From Anolis carolinensis (taxonomy: Eukaryota): DNA of 64,000 nt. Below are positions 1 through 11,298 of the stretch, in pieces; position 1 is the stretch's first letter; every line of letters begins with the position of its first letter. Location: assembly GCF_035594765.1 (NCBI RefSeq), contig NC_085844.1:182048107-182112106 (forward strand), written 5' to 3'. The position numbers and the translations under genes were made by a program. Under the pieces are notes generated by a model. That model did no database searches and had not been told where the DNA came from. It was given only the letters and a program-made list of their open reading frames with translations.

Positions 1-199
1 TGTTCTGTATCAGAAACTAGAACAGATGTGCCCTTTCCAATGCAATTTTCTGAATCAGCACCCTAAATAACCAAACTGAATCTAAAGTAGACCAAAAACT
101 GATTTGTAACCCTTTTGGTACTAATGTTGGACATTGATCCCTGGTCAGAGTGGTCCCTGTTCAAAGTGGGCCCTGGTCAAAAAATGTTGGGAACCACTG
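1..199. mobile_element. hAT (Charlie-like) non-autonomous DNA transposon, right end
   Basis: Ends in TTGGGAACCACTG, the reverse complement of the CAGTGGTTCCCAA terminal inverted repeat also seen at 2173..2784; left part lies outside the window. Confidence 0.55.
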
Positions 200-213
200 A
201 TTTACAGTGCAGA

Positions 214-346
214 TCAGACATGGACAAAATTCAGCCCTCTGTGTGTTTTGGATTTCATATCCCACAATTCCTAACAGCCAGCCAGCTGGCTGAGATTTGT
301 GGGACGAAGTCCAAAACATCCGGAGGGCCAAAGTTTGCCCATACCA
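214..346. mobile_element. Palindromic hAT-type MITE (degenerate copy)
   Basis: Arms CAGACATGGACAAAATT...AAGTTTGCCCATACC; same family as the intact copy at 21836..21969. Confidence 0.65.
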
Positions 347-592
347 GGTGTCGTTACACTCTTAAAAACATCAGGTAATGTCCATATAAATAGATCCTAT
401 GGGATGTTTGTGGAAAGCCCAAGAGATCTTAAAGGATCCATTTATGTGCATCTGGCAATAAGACATAGCTAGGTACTTTTGACAAGTGCATCTACACTGT
501 AGAATCAATTCAGTTTGGTATCACTTTAACTATCATGGCTCAATACCATGAAATCATGGCAGCTGTAGTTTTACAAGTTCTTCCCTACCTAT

Positions 593-921
593 AGAGCCTT
601 TGGTGGCACAGCGGGTTAAACCACTGAGCTCCTGAACTTGCTGGTCAAAAGATCAACAGTTTGAATCCAGGGAGTGGGTGAGCTCCCACTGTTAGCCCCA
701 GCTTCTGTCAACCTAGCAATTTGAAAACATGTAAATGTGAGTTGATCAATAGGTACCGCTCCAGCAGGAAGGTAACGGCACTCCATGCAGTCATGCCAGC
801 CACATGACCTTGGAGGCATCTACAGACAATACTGGCTCTTCTGCTTAGAAATGAAGATGAGCATCAACCCCCAAAGACAGGCATGACTAGACTTAATGTC
901 AGGGGAAAACCTTTACTTTTA
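593..921 (+). mobile_element. Sauria-type tRNA-derived SINE
   Basis: tRNA-like head (GGTGGCACAGCGGGTTAA...GTTTGAATCC), body AACATGTAAATGTGAGTTGATCAATAGGTACCGCT and (ACCTTT)n-like tail; aligns with copies at 16926 and 54674. Confidence 0.85.
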
Positions 922-1100
922 CCTACTTACCAAAGAGTACCAACTCTCTGATAACCTATAATGTTACTAATTTTTGTGTGGCAGCACTTATAATTCACAG
1001 GGTGATGATTGGCATCACAAGTTAGCACTCTAACTCATTAGTAAATGGAAACTATAGATTTAGGGCTCCCACCACTAGTCCCTAGAATTGTGCCTGACTG

Positions 1101-1114
1101 TAATAATGATGATG

Positions 1115-1162
<48 letters not shown>

Positions 1163-1400
1163 TATTTTTGTATCCCGCCACTATCTCCCCGAAGGGACTC
1201 GGGCTGGCTAACACGGGGCAAAGCCCAAAAGACAAAGTGTGAGCAAGTTAAAATATAAAACAAGACAATAAAAAACAAGCAACAAGCAGTATAAAAACAC
1301 AAACAAATTCAGGCACAATTTTAACAAATACATAAAAACAAGATAATTTTTTTAAAACAATATCAGCTTCACCACCAAGGTCAAGAAGAGTAAAGGGGGG
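1101..1400 (-). mobile_element. L2-type LINE 3' end with (AAT)n tail
   Basis: (GAT/AAT)n at 1101-1159 followed by TTTATTTTTGTATCCCGCCACTATCTCCCCGAAGGGACTCGGG, the reverse complement of the L2 3' stem-loop terminus; same pattern at 56011. Confidence 0.7.
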
Positions 1401-1544
1401 TCAAAGTAAAGTGCATAATAACAAGGTTATCTCCTAGAGTGCCTGGCCGAGGGTTCCAATGTTTCCTGAGGTGACGTTAGGGGTAGGATGGGGTGGGACC
1501 AGAGATAAAGTGCAGAACAGCAGCATGGTTGCCAAGGGGTCTGT

Positions 1545-1828
1545 AGTGTCTTGTTTAGTCGAAAGTGCGCTGAAAGAACCATGTCTTAAGTTGTTTAATT
1601 GTACTCCTCCCTCCTTATGCTCCCTCATCCTCCCTGAATGCTCCTACCCCCCTCTGGTCCTTTTTTCTTTCTAAATATATTTTGTGTTTTACCTTTTAAT
1701 ATACATCTCTATTTTAGACTTTAGCCTAGATTCCAATGATTTGAATGTAAAATGCTTTTACGAGACTGTACCCACTCTCCTTATGCTGGTCTATGACCAA
1801 AATAAAAATTTGTTTGGTTTTTTTTTAT
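1545..1828 (+). mobile_element. Non-LTR retrotransposon 3' end (RTE-X-like, tentative)
   Basis: Pyrimidine-rich 3' UTR ending TATGCTGGTCTATGACCAAAATAAA plus a T-rich tail, placed directly before the MITE resumes. Confidence 0.35.
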
Positions 1829-2172
1829 TGCTGGCACCTCACCAAACTACCTAGGATTCCATAGTGTTGAGCCATGACAGTTAAAGTGGCGTCAAACCGT
1901 ATTAATTCCACAATGTAGATGCACCCCACCACCCCCTGCTCTCCATCAACTACTCAATGGCTTTTTGGCAAAAGGATGCAAGAACCAGTTAAGTACAGAG
2001 GAGGTGAAGGGGGAGATAGGATGTACTAACACGTTTGTCTCCTCATGCATGTTTCCTGTCTTTGAAAATTACTGTTTTGGAGTATAGTTTTTTTTTTAAA
2101 AATTATAGCTTGCCAGGAAGCCCCAGCATGTGTGCTATTGGGGACTAAAGCTAGTAATGCCTTCATGTAATG

Positions 2173-2784
2173 CAGTGATTCCCAAAGTGGGCACTACTGC
2201 ACCCCGGTGCGGAGTGATCCAGGGAGGTGGTGATGTTACCTATTAGGACACGGGGGCGGGGCCAGAGGAGGGGCGGGGCCTCTTCCCAAGTGCCCGAGAC
2301 AGGGCTGAGAATCTATACCTCTCCTGAGGCACTTGTTGGAACACAGAGGGCGGGGCTAGGGGTGGGGGTGGGGCCTCTTCCCAAGAGTGCGAGACAGGGC
2401 TGAGCCTCTGTATACCTCCCCTGAGGCACTTTTTAGAACACGGGGGTGGGGTATAGAGGTTCAGCCCCATCAGGCACTTGGGAAGAGGCTCCGCCCCCTC
2501 CTATAGCCCCATTTCCTGTGTCCTGGCAGGCGTTGCAGGACAGGGATAGCTCAACCCTGCCTCAGAGCTCGTAACTCCGCCCATCCCAGTCATGACCGCC
2601 CATTTGTGGCCCCGCCCACCTCCCCTCGCAGCCCTGCATCCTGGACTAGGGGAGAGGCTCAGCCCTGCCCTCTTGAGCAGGAGCCACGCCCACCCCTCTA
2701 TGCCACGCCCCCCTTTCCAGGGGGCGCTGAGTCATATTTTTTCTGGAAAGGGGGCGGCAAGCCAAATAAGTTTGGGAACCACTG
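2173..2784. mobile_element. hAT non-autonomous transposon with GC-rich internal repeats
   Basis: TIRs CAGTGATTCCCAAA / TTTGGGAACCACTG and a perfect 8-bp TSD ATGTAATG (2165-2172, 2785-2792). Confidence 0.9.
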
Positions 2785-3424
2785 ATGTAATGGTTACTGT
2801 AGAAGCCAGGAAATCCAGTGCTGTTTAAAATGCAGAACATTTTAAGTTTACTGTGTAGTTGTTAATTTAAAGTGTTTCTCCCTCCTACCTCTCCCACTTG
2901 TAGGAGATTTATATCCAGAGACCTGTGCAGGCTCTTTCCATTGAGTGAATTAACTCATAACAAAGCAGCAAAGTATTTTCACTCAAGAGTCCAGTTTTTT
3001 TTATTATTTGAACTATGGGCTGAATATTTGGTGGAACTTGTCTCTCTGGACCCGGGAAATTGCTGCAAATCAGTCTTGACATTATTAGGTTGTTTTGCTC
3101 TTGCTACAGCTGCTATCTGCAGAGATAAATCTCCTTTCCCTTGTTTAATCAAACACGGCTACTGTTTTGCTCCCGTGCTGCTCATTGTGCTAAATACAGG
3201 TTGTTTCATGGTTTAATTCCCTCCTTGGCCAATCTTCTGTCTTACAGGTAGGTGTTTGACAGGACATCAGGCATAATTGTGTGAACATCAAAACTGCACA
3301 TAACTGTCACATTATTTGCATTGCCCAATCATTGTTGGAAATGCTGGTCATCTTTTGGGCAGAAACAAAAGCTGTTCATTTGATGGATGATGGGGAAAGA
3401 AAAAGAATTCAACTGAAAAAAACA

Positions 3425-4172
3425 CTTCTAATGATGGCTGAAAGTGAGGAAGAACTGAGGAGCCTTATCACCAAGGTGAAAGAAGAAAGTGCAAAAGCCG
3501 GGCTGCAGTTAAACATCAAGAAAACCAAGATCATGGCAACCAGACCAATTGACAACTTGCAAATAGAGGGAGAAAACGTGGCGGCAGTGACAGACTTTAT
3601 ATTTCTAGGTGCGAGGATCACTGCAGATGCAGACTGCAGCCAGGAAATCAGAAGACGTCTACTTCTTGGGAGTAGAGCAATGGCCAACCTCGATAAAATA
3701 CTGAAAAGCAGAGACATCACACTGGCAACGAAGGTCCGCATAGTCAAAGCAATGGTATTCCCCATAGTAACCTATGGCTGCGAGAGCTGGACCATAAGGA
3801 AGGCTGAGCGAAGGAAGATAGACTCTTTTGAACTTTGGTGCTGGAGGAAAATCCTGAGAGTGCCTTGGACCACAAGAAGATCCAACCAGTCCATCCTCCA
3901 GGAAATAATGCTCGACTGCTCACTGGAGGGAAGGATATTAGAGGCAAAGCTGAAGTATTTTGGCCACATCATGAGGAGACAGGAAAGCTTGAGGATCATG
4001 ATGCTGGGGAAAATGGAAGGAAAAAGGAGGAGAGGCTGACCAAGGGCAAGATGGATGGATGGTATCCTTGAAGTGACTGGCTTGACCTTGAAGGAACTGG
4101 GAGCGGTGACAGCCGACAGGGAGCTCTGACGTGGACTGGTCCATGAGGTCTGAATGAGTGAAACGACGAATC
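3425..4172 (+). mobile_element. BovB (RTE clade) LINE, 5'-truncated 3' fragment
   Basis: ORF segment MAESEEELRSLI...GLQLNIKKTKIM...YGCESWTIRKAERRKIDSFELWCWR...LKYFGHIMRR is the BovB RT C-terminal region; BovB-type 3' end GGTCCATGAGGTC...AAACGACGAAT. Confidence 0.9.
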
Positions 4173-6109
4173 ATGGCAAAATGATCCATTTTCTCACAAA
4201 TTACAAATCAAAGCTACTAAAAATGAATTGGTTGGGCTGTAGCATCATTGAACCAAATTGGTGTGGATTCAAATTGTATCTTGATGTGATGTGTAGCCTA
4301 CTGTGGACTGATAGAGACATTAGTCTAAAACAGAATTTGCTGAATGGAATATTCTGGGAACTGTCAAAAAGCTATCCCAAGCTTAGGAGATATCCAAGAT
4401 ATACTACCATCATTATTTCTAGTCCCTTTTTTAATATCTGAAAGACTGCCATTTCCCAAATGAGACTGTCCATTATTTACAGGAAGACCCTCATACTCAT
4501 GGGGAATACATTTCTTGACTTTGAATGGATATGCCAAACCATGGATAACAGCAAGCAATTGAAATGAAAGACTTGCAGGCCAAAAATTCCATAAAGTCAG
4601 ATTAAAGGATCTAGACAATTTCTAGATAAGATGTATTTTGTCAGATGTGGAAAAAGGAAACCACCGATACCAGCCTCAGGATGTGGATTAAAGAGACCTG
4701 GCTCCCTGTGGAGTGCCTACACAGGCACCCCAGGAACCAAATGGAAGCTGAGATATTGGCCCCAAAGATCCACTGAATGTGGATCTGTCTGATTCAAGGA
4801 GTGCTTTTTCCTACCTTGTCTGGCAGGATGTGATGATAAGAAGCAGCCAGTCAGGTGAGAATCAGTGCTAGACAATATCAGGGCAGAGAAAGAAAGGGAA
4901 AGTGCTTTCCTCTCAGAAAGGATGCGGGGAAGCAGGGAAGCACGTGTTTGCCTTCCAGCTGAGCTGTTTATCCAGTTTTTTTCCCTTCTTGAGTGTTGGC
5001 CTGTCCTCACATCTTGGTCTCAGGTCCCTGCTCTGCACGGGATACCCACTGATTGGCTGCTATAGTGGATTTTATGTTTTGAGCTGGAATTTCTGGTGTT
5101 TTTTATGTTGTTTCTGGCTGGATGCGCATTGCAGCATGCTTTGGGGGTTTATGTTTTGTGGACATCCTGACCTCAAGCTGGCTTCAAACTGGAATTTAGT
5201 GCTTATGTAGATGGGCCCTAACATAACTAGGAATAGGGTTAATTTGCAGTCTCAGTAGGAGCACATTTAGAATCGCTGTTTTAATCCAGTCAGGCAGGGA
5301 ATGTTAATATTTCACTGAATTACAATTCCCTTGATCCCAAAGGCTGGAACCCTGAAATTTAAAGTGTTATCAAACTGCTGTCACTTTTTTAATGTAGGTA
5401 TAGTCTCTAGATTTGGGAAAGATGTTATCAGTGCTTTAATAATAGAAAGTTCCACTGGAATCAATGAGACTCTAAATCAGTGGTTCTGCTGTGGGAATGG
5501 ACAGCATGTCTATTATTATCAAAGAGTTTTCTTTTTGAAAGTGGCCTTTTCTGCTAAATAATATTTTATATAAAATATTTCTAAACTTCATTTCAAGTTT
5601 CTTATTCTCCACTTGCATCCAATCATTACAACTTAAAAGGCAACATTTTATATACCCGTGCTTATTTTTTATTGTTCTGGCTTTTCTGTCTTGTTCCCCA
5701 TGCTGTACCAACCTATTTTATTTCCCTCTTAACATTTATTAGGCAGTAATTCTAAGCATATTTCATAGAAACTGAGCCCAGAAAACACCATGATGATCAC
5801 TGAGGCTATGAGTAAAATGAAAAGCACTTTACTGGTAAATGATTTAAACTTAATTTTGCCCATCATCCACAAATGCACCAGAAGAGGGATGTGAATCATG
5901 TAGTCCTTCAAATACCATGGGATTGCAGCTCTTAGCATTCCTCACCATTGTCTAGACTGTCTGAACTCCTGGAAGTTTCTAACCAACAAAATCCGTAGTA
6001 CGGTATAATTCCCATCCCTTTCATTTAGGGAAGGAAATATGTTGTTTGTGGCATGCTCTCTACATCCACAGTCCCTTTCAGTCTTTCACAAAAAGACTAG
6101 GTATTCCAT

Positions 6110-6310
6110 AAAAACATCAGATCTGAAAGTTAAGCAGGGTAGCTCTGGTTAGTACTCAGATGGGAATATGCCAATGAATATCAGGTGCTGTAGGCTATAT
6201 TTCAGCAGCAGGAACTCACAAAACTGCCTTTGACTATTCCTTGTCTTAGAAAACCTTATAAAATTCATTGAGTTGCCATAAGTCTACAGGTGATTTGAAC
6301 ACAAACACAC
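6110..6310 (+). mobile_element. 5S rRNA-derived SINE (5S head plus Sauria/BovB-like tail)
   Basis: GAAAGTTAAGCAGGGT...TGGTTAGTACTCAGATGGGA...CAGGTGCTGTAGGCT is a degenerate match to the 5S rRNA internal promoter and 3' half, followed by tail GAAAACCTTATAAAATTCATTGAGTTGCCATAAGTC. Confidence 0.75.
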
Positions 6311-7480
6311 AGACATTCACATTTCAGCTACCTCAAAAGACTCTTAGCATTATTAGTGCAGCATGTCAACTAGGCATTACATCTAATGCAATAGTTGGCA
6401 AAAGGTGGCCTGTAGACCACAAGTGGCCCCCAAGCTGTTTGGGTTAACCACCATTTTGTTCTGCTCCAAAATGCTTCCAAAGTTACCTCTAGGGGATTGA
6501 GATGGCATTTTCATCTCCTTTGGAGGTCCCCTTGGTCCAAGGATCAAAATGGGGGGGGGGGGGTTGCAACATTTTGCACATTTTTTTGGTCTTTACATGC
6601 CCCAAATACCATCTAAACAGGGTGACAACAGCACCATTCCTCAGTGGGTCCTTGGGAGCATTTAGGGTCTGATAAATCCCCTTAGCCAACTACAATGGCC
6701 AACACTTGCTCTAAATGAACATCTGCTAAAACACCATATTTGAGCAATACAAGGATTAGGATGCAGGGATCCACAGATGACAAAGCATCTAAGGACCAGT
6801 AATAAAGCATCAAGGAAAACTGTTACATAGACCCATGAACAGGGTTAGTGGCATTGGGCATAAGCAAAAGGAACCAAAGGTACAAAAGGAGAAGCCTGTC
6901 GAGCTGTTCTTGGATTGGCAAGACAAGGAAAGTGATGTGAAGTAGGAGCAATAAATGTCTACTTGCTTGTTGGCTCTTTGCCTTCCAGATTTATTTTGTG
7001 TCAAAAGCATTGCATAATAAATAAATTTAAAAGTGATGAAATAAAGGAAATCACAAGCAGCTAAATAGTTTTAGACCAAAAGCGGGTAATAGCGACCGCA
7101 TTGTCCGTAGCTTTAAACAACAACTCCTCCATACATGAGGCAGGACATTGTGGGCAAGCATACATATGCAGAGTTGTTTGTTCTGCTCCACAGTCACACA
7201 AGGTGGAGGATTCCTCCAGGTAGTGCCACCTTACCAAGTTGTCTTTAGATCTGCCCACTCCGCTTCTGAGTCTGTTCAGGGACTTCCAAGTTGCCCATTC
7301 TTGGTTTGCCCCTGGAGGAAGACCCTCATGGGGGGCCATCCAGTTGGAATTGCCTGGTTTAGCTGCCTTATTTCTTTCACAGTTAGCAGCAACTTCCCAT
7401 CGCACGTCAGGAGGGGCAATGCCAGCTAACTTGTAGAGTTTATCAACAGGTGTAGGTTAAGGCATCCTGTGATTATTCTG

Positions 7481-7516
7481 CATAGACATAGACATAGACA
7501 TAGACATAGACATAGA
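7481..7516. repeat. (CATAGA)6 microsatellite
   Basis: Six perfect hexamer copies at the inversion junction of the Vingi copy. Confidence 0.95.
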
Positions 7517-7593
7517 AAGAGCCTCCTCGAAGACTGAGTGAATACAGTCGGACATCCCCTGGGCAACGTTTCTTGTAAACAGCTAATCTTTCC
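7509..7593 (+). ncRNA. HDV-like ribozyme fold (degenerate) in Vingi leader
   Basis: P2 GAAAGA(7515-20)/TCTTTC(7587-92); P3 5' strand GCC; L3 TCCTCG; P1 3' strand ATCCCCT followed by GG; P4 GTTT/AAAC; J4/2 GCTAA. The P1 5' strand is lost to the microsatellite. Confidence 0.6.
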
Positions 7594-7844
7594 AACCCAA
7601 AAGCAAAAGAAAAATTCTTCCAGATAATAGTGATGGGGTAGCAGCTGCAAGCAACTTTGTGCTCTGCCACCTGGAGCTGGTACAGCAAATACGTTAGTCC
7701 CCTGTTGAAGCTGAGCAATAAGGCAAGAGTCCACAAAGAGTAGAATTTTTTTCTGTTGCCTCAGTGGATATAGCTCAGTCTAATGATTTCATTTTACAGG
7801 AGGACTGAACATTTGAAATAACCTTTTGACAGTGACAGCAATTT

Positions 7845-8015
7845 GGCAATGGAACCAATTGCCTAGAAAGGTAATGGAGTCCTCTTCCATGAAAGTCTTA
7901 AAAAACTGGTTGGACAATTATTTGTTGGGGATGTTTTAGCTGGAGATCCTGCACTGAGCATGTGACTGGACTGGACTGGATGCCCTATGCCCCATTCAAA
8001 CTTTATGACTCCATT
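7845..8015 (+). mobile_element. Old CR1 LINE 3' end
   Basis: CAATGGAACCAATTGCCTAGAAAGGTAATGGAGTCC...TGGACTGGATG...CCATTCAAACTTTATGACTCCATTC resembles the CR1 ORF2 end and 3' UTR. Confidence 0.6.
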
Positions 8016-10032
8016 CATTTATAAAACAGAGAAATGGAGAACCTGAAATGAGAGCAAGTGAGATCTCTGCTGTCATGGCCAATGGTTATTTTGGGAAAGG
8101 AGGGCATCATTTCCCTAAGGAACATGAAAACACTCCCTCAAAAGAAGGAATGAACTGGTATCCTCTCGCACTTATATGTATTGGGGGGGGGGGGCAGGAG
8201 GCTTCCAGCAATGAATTATTTCGTTCTTCAAAACAGAAAGAGATGGTTGTATATAGGAGACTACATGATGACTCGCTACCCTAGTGTAAAAGTAGCATAC
8301 TCAGCCAACCTGATAGATAGCACATGCAAGATGCTAGGGATACTGGTTTACACAGAAATACAGATATGTAGTTATTAAAGCAAAATTTAGGAAAATGAAA
8401 CAGGAACTTGAAGGCAGACTATGCAGAGCTAGCTAGGTAGACAGATTTTGCAATGCACGGATGAGATAATGGTTTCAAGAGGACTGGTTTGAGTTTGTTA
8501 GGTACAATTGTGAATAATGGGTTCTGTGCAAAATTGATCTGCTCCCCTTGAATTAAGAAATCAGGTTGCTGGCACTTAATACCTAAAGGCTGGCAGAAGA
8601 ACAGATTTTATAATGAATCCCGGGAAAACAGCTGACAAATACTAGAAAGCATCTGGTTCAGTGTCAGTGAAAACATTTTTAACTACCCAGATACAGATTG
8701 GGTTGAGAGGATTCTTGCAATGAGTATGTAATGAGTGGTGACAGCTTATCAAAGAGACCAAGGGACAGCAGTCAGAGATAGTGGGGTTCTTGAACAGATA
8801 GTCTAAAAAACAAAGGGGGGACACAAATTCTGGTAAAGAGCTCCAAATGTTGTAAGAACTAAGTAGCAGGAAGTCTGGTTCCATGGTGGTGCAAATGAAC
8901 CTCTCCCTCTCTCCCTCTCTCCATGCTCAGCTCACGCTAGAATGATTGCTTTAGCTTATTATATTTTTAACCCTGTTCTTTATTGAAAAAGGCTTTCCAG
9001 AGCAGCTTCTATAATCAGCAACAAATGGGAGAGCCCCTATCTGCAGTTTGAACAAGTAAACTATTCATTATGCTATTTGCCTTTGCATTCAATGAATTAG
9101 TATCTTACAGCAGGATATAACCACCTCACTATATCCCCAGCTTCAACCATCCATAGCTTGAAATATTTTTCCCCATGAATTTCATGAATTTCTCTTGGAA
9201 TGTTTTAGAATGTTTCCCACTGCACCTTAGGACCCTGGCAAATGGTTTTGTAATTATCATAATCCTCTCACAATACCCTGAAAAAACCCCAGCATGTATA
9301 ATGGTTTTTTTTTTTCATGAAGAGACACAAAGGTTTCCCACCTTTACCTGATTTTATCTAAAAATTTATCCTGAGCATGTTGTGTCATCTGTAGCAGCTA
9401 TCCACATCCCCTCTGTGAATCCTCCATTGTATGTAACTGTGCCTTAAGCATCTTTTGTCCATTGGCCGGCACCTCCTTTGTCTAGCTGGCATTGGACCAT
9501 CAAGACCCACCAACCACCCATCAAACTGCATTCTACCCAGACGCACCCAGTTTCTGGGAAGGACTCACAAACAAACTTCAAATCCATGAATGACAGTTTA
9601 TTAAATTTCCCACCTCACCTCTGATTGGCTCAGAGGCTGAAGCAGACACATATCTCCTTCAATGGGGCTGCAGATCCTATCCAGCACCCTCAAGGACCAA
9701 TGAGGAACTGGTACGGCAATTTCCAATTGTTCTGTGCTGCTATACCTTTCTGTCAAATGTATTACAAATAAACCCATGTGTTCGCCATTACGGGTATTTT
9801 GGTTCATTGGAGTGCTTTCTCCACTGACATCCTATCTGGCAATGGAGAATAAACCTCTGATTTCAACCCATCTGTGTCTCATTCGATCCTTTGGAAGCCA
9901 GGAACTTCTGGCCCAAACTTGGAATATAGCAGAGCTGAAATCACATAATAAAGGGCCTGCATAAGTTTTCTTTCTCTTATTGGGCATCCATAATAGTAAA
10001 TTCAGCTTTTGGAATGCAAATTTTGAGAATAT

Positions 10033-10036
<4 letters not shown>

Positions 10037-10079
<43 letters not shown>
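10037..10079. repeat. (AT)n microsatellite
   Basis: About 21 AT units seen directly. Confidence 0.95.
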
Positions 10080-10081
<2 letters not shown>

Positions 10082-10734
10082 CAACCCATTAATTTCAATA
10101 GGGTGATCTTGACTCCATGTTCTTGGAAGGACTGCAATGCAGATCTATTACTATCTTCATAATATAATAATAAATAAATATAAATAATAAATATAAAGGA
10201 CTGAAGTCCAGAATATTTGAAACATATTAAAATCTACCTCAATCTTTGTTATTTGCAGTTGATATAATCCATATGTATGAAGATTATATAAAATATTTTA
10301 ACAGAGCAGTCTTGTATTAAAATTGATTTAGAAGCCATTTGGGCATAAGAAGATGCATCTCATGCACACTAATTAATTTTTTCAATGTTATTCCCTTGTG
10401 GATAGTAGTTAATTTTATACCTTGTTATGGGCATGCTGGGAGAAGTAGACCAACATAAATAACTTTTCTATTCCTCTTATTATTTGTTCTTATTTTATTT
10501 TCTCCGTGTCATTTATTTCTCCATTCTTGGTATTACAGTAATTAGCTACCGGGCATATTTTGGAAGAGATGAGAAGGTCTAACCATTCTTGGTAAATTGC
10601 CAAGTCACCAGGTCTAACTGTCCAATTAAAATCCCCCAGTATGCACATAGACTGAAACTACATTGGGGAAATTCAACTACACAATGCTGCTTTGCGTACT
10701 TTAATTATTGTTGCCCATAACTACCAGCCATGTG

Positions 10735-10942
10735 ACATGTTTCACACTACATGATGATAGTATGTTTCTAACTTTAACTGCTATGGCAACATCTTATTGA
10801 ATTCTGGGATTTGCATTTTATTTAGAATTCTCAGCCAAAGACCTTTAGAGTCTCACCAAGCTTCAAGTCCCAAGATTCCATAGGATGTTGCCATGGCAGT
10901 TTACTGTAACCTAAAGAGGTGTAATTGTGCAGTGTGAATGGA
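10735..10942. mobile_element. Degenerate palindromic MITE
   Basis: Inverted arms TTCACACTAC...AACTGCTATGGCAACATC / GATGTTGCCATGGCAGTT...GCAGTGTGAA. Confidence 0.55.
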
Positions 10943-11095
10943 CGCCCAGCTGGCATTTTGTCAAAATTCTCAATGGAAAAGCTGGTGATGACCTCAACTG
11001 AAGGATTAAAATGTAACCAGTCTGTAAAAAGAAACTCTGGAGCAAGGGAAAGGCAGAACTAACATCATGGCATGCTTATAGCCTATAAAGACTTG

Positions 11096-11298
11096 GGTTG
11101 GATCTACACTGTAGAATGACACCACTTTAAATGCCATGGCTCAAAGCTATGGAATCCTGGGATTTGTTTGGTGAAGCATCAGCAATATTCGGCAGAAAGG
11201 ACTGAAGTCCAAAGACAACTACTATGATGCCATAGCATTGAGCCATGGAAATTAAAGTAGTGTCAAACTTTATTGATTTTATGTTGTAAATGAATCCT
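11096..11298. mobile_element. Palindromic MITE, same family as 486..1925
   Basis: GATCTACACTGTAGAATGACACCACTTTAAATGCCATGGCTCAA / TTGAGCCATGGAAATTAAAGTAGTGTCAAA. Confidence 0.65.

Larger units (their letters stand above)
486..1925. mobile_element. Palindromic MITE (GGTGCATCTACAC termini) split by nested insertions
   Basis: Left arm GTGCATCTACACTGTAGAAT (486-590), middle piece ACCAAAGAGT (about 929-940) and right arm TGCTGGCACCTCACCAAACTAC...TGTAGATGCACC (about 1829-1925). An unsplit relative lies at 11096..11298. Confidence 0.65.
6991..7616 (-). mobile_element. Vingi (Ingi-related) LINE: 3' body on - strand plus inverted 5' leader on + strand
   Basis: The - strand encodes CRIITGCL/PTPVDKLYKLAGIAPPDVRWEVAA...WATWKSLNRLRSGVGR...CDCGAEQTTLHMYACPQC (C-terminal Zn-knuckle of the Ingi/Vingi type). 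The whole unit is bounded by the 9-bp direct repeat CTTCCAGAT (6982-6990, 7617-7625). Confidence 0.8.

Noticed and set aside
1038-1242. Poly-Asn and poly-Leu ORFs (likewise poly-Ile/Leu at 55838-56237, YI repeats at about 10050 and CV/TH repeats at about 54150)
   Set aside because: These are translations of microsatellites.
3281-4039. 252-aa ORF as a host gene
   Set aside because: It is a 5'-truncated BovB fragment; the first approximately 48 codons are chance read-in from flanking DNA.
4712-5220. Possible PIF/Harbinger-like element ending TGTAGATGGGCCC
   Set aside because: The left terminus is too degenerate and no TSD is evident.
6110-6205. 5S rRNA gene (also 38262-38345)
   Set aside because: Too diverged, internally deleted and fused to SINE sequence; not a functional rRNA gene.
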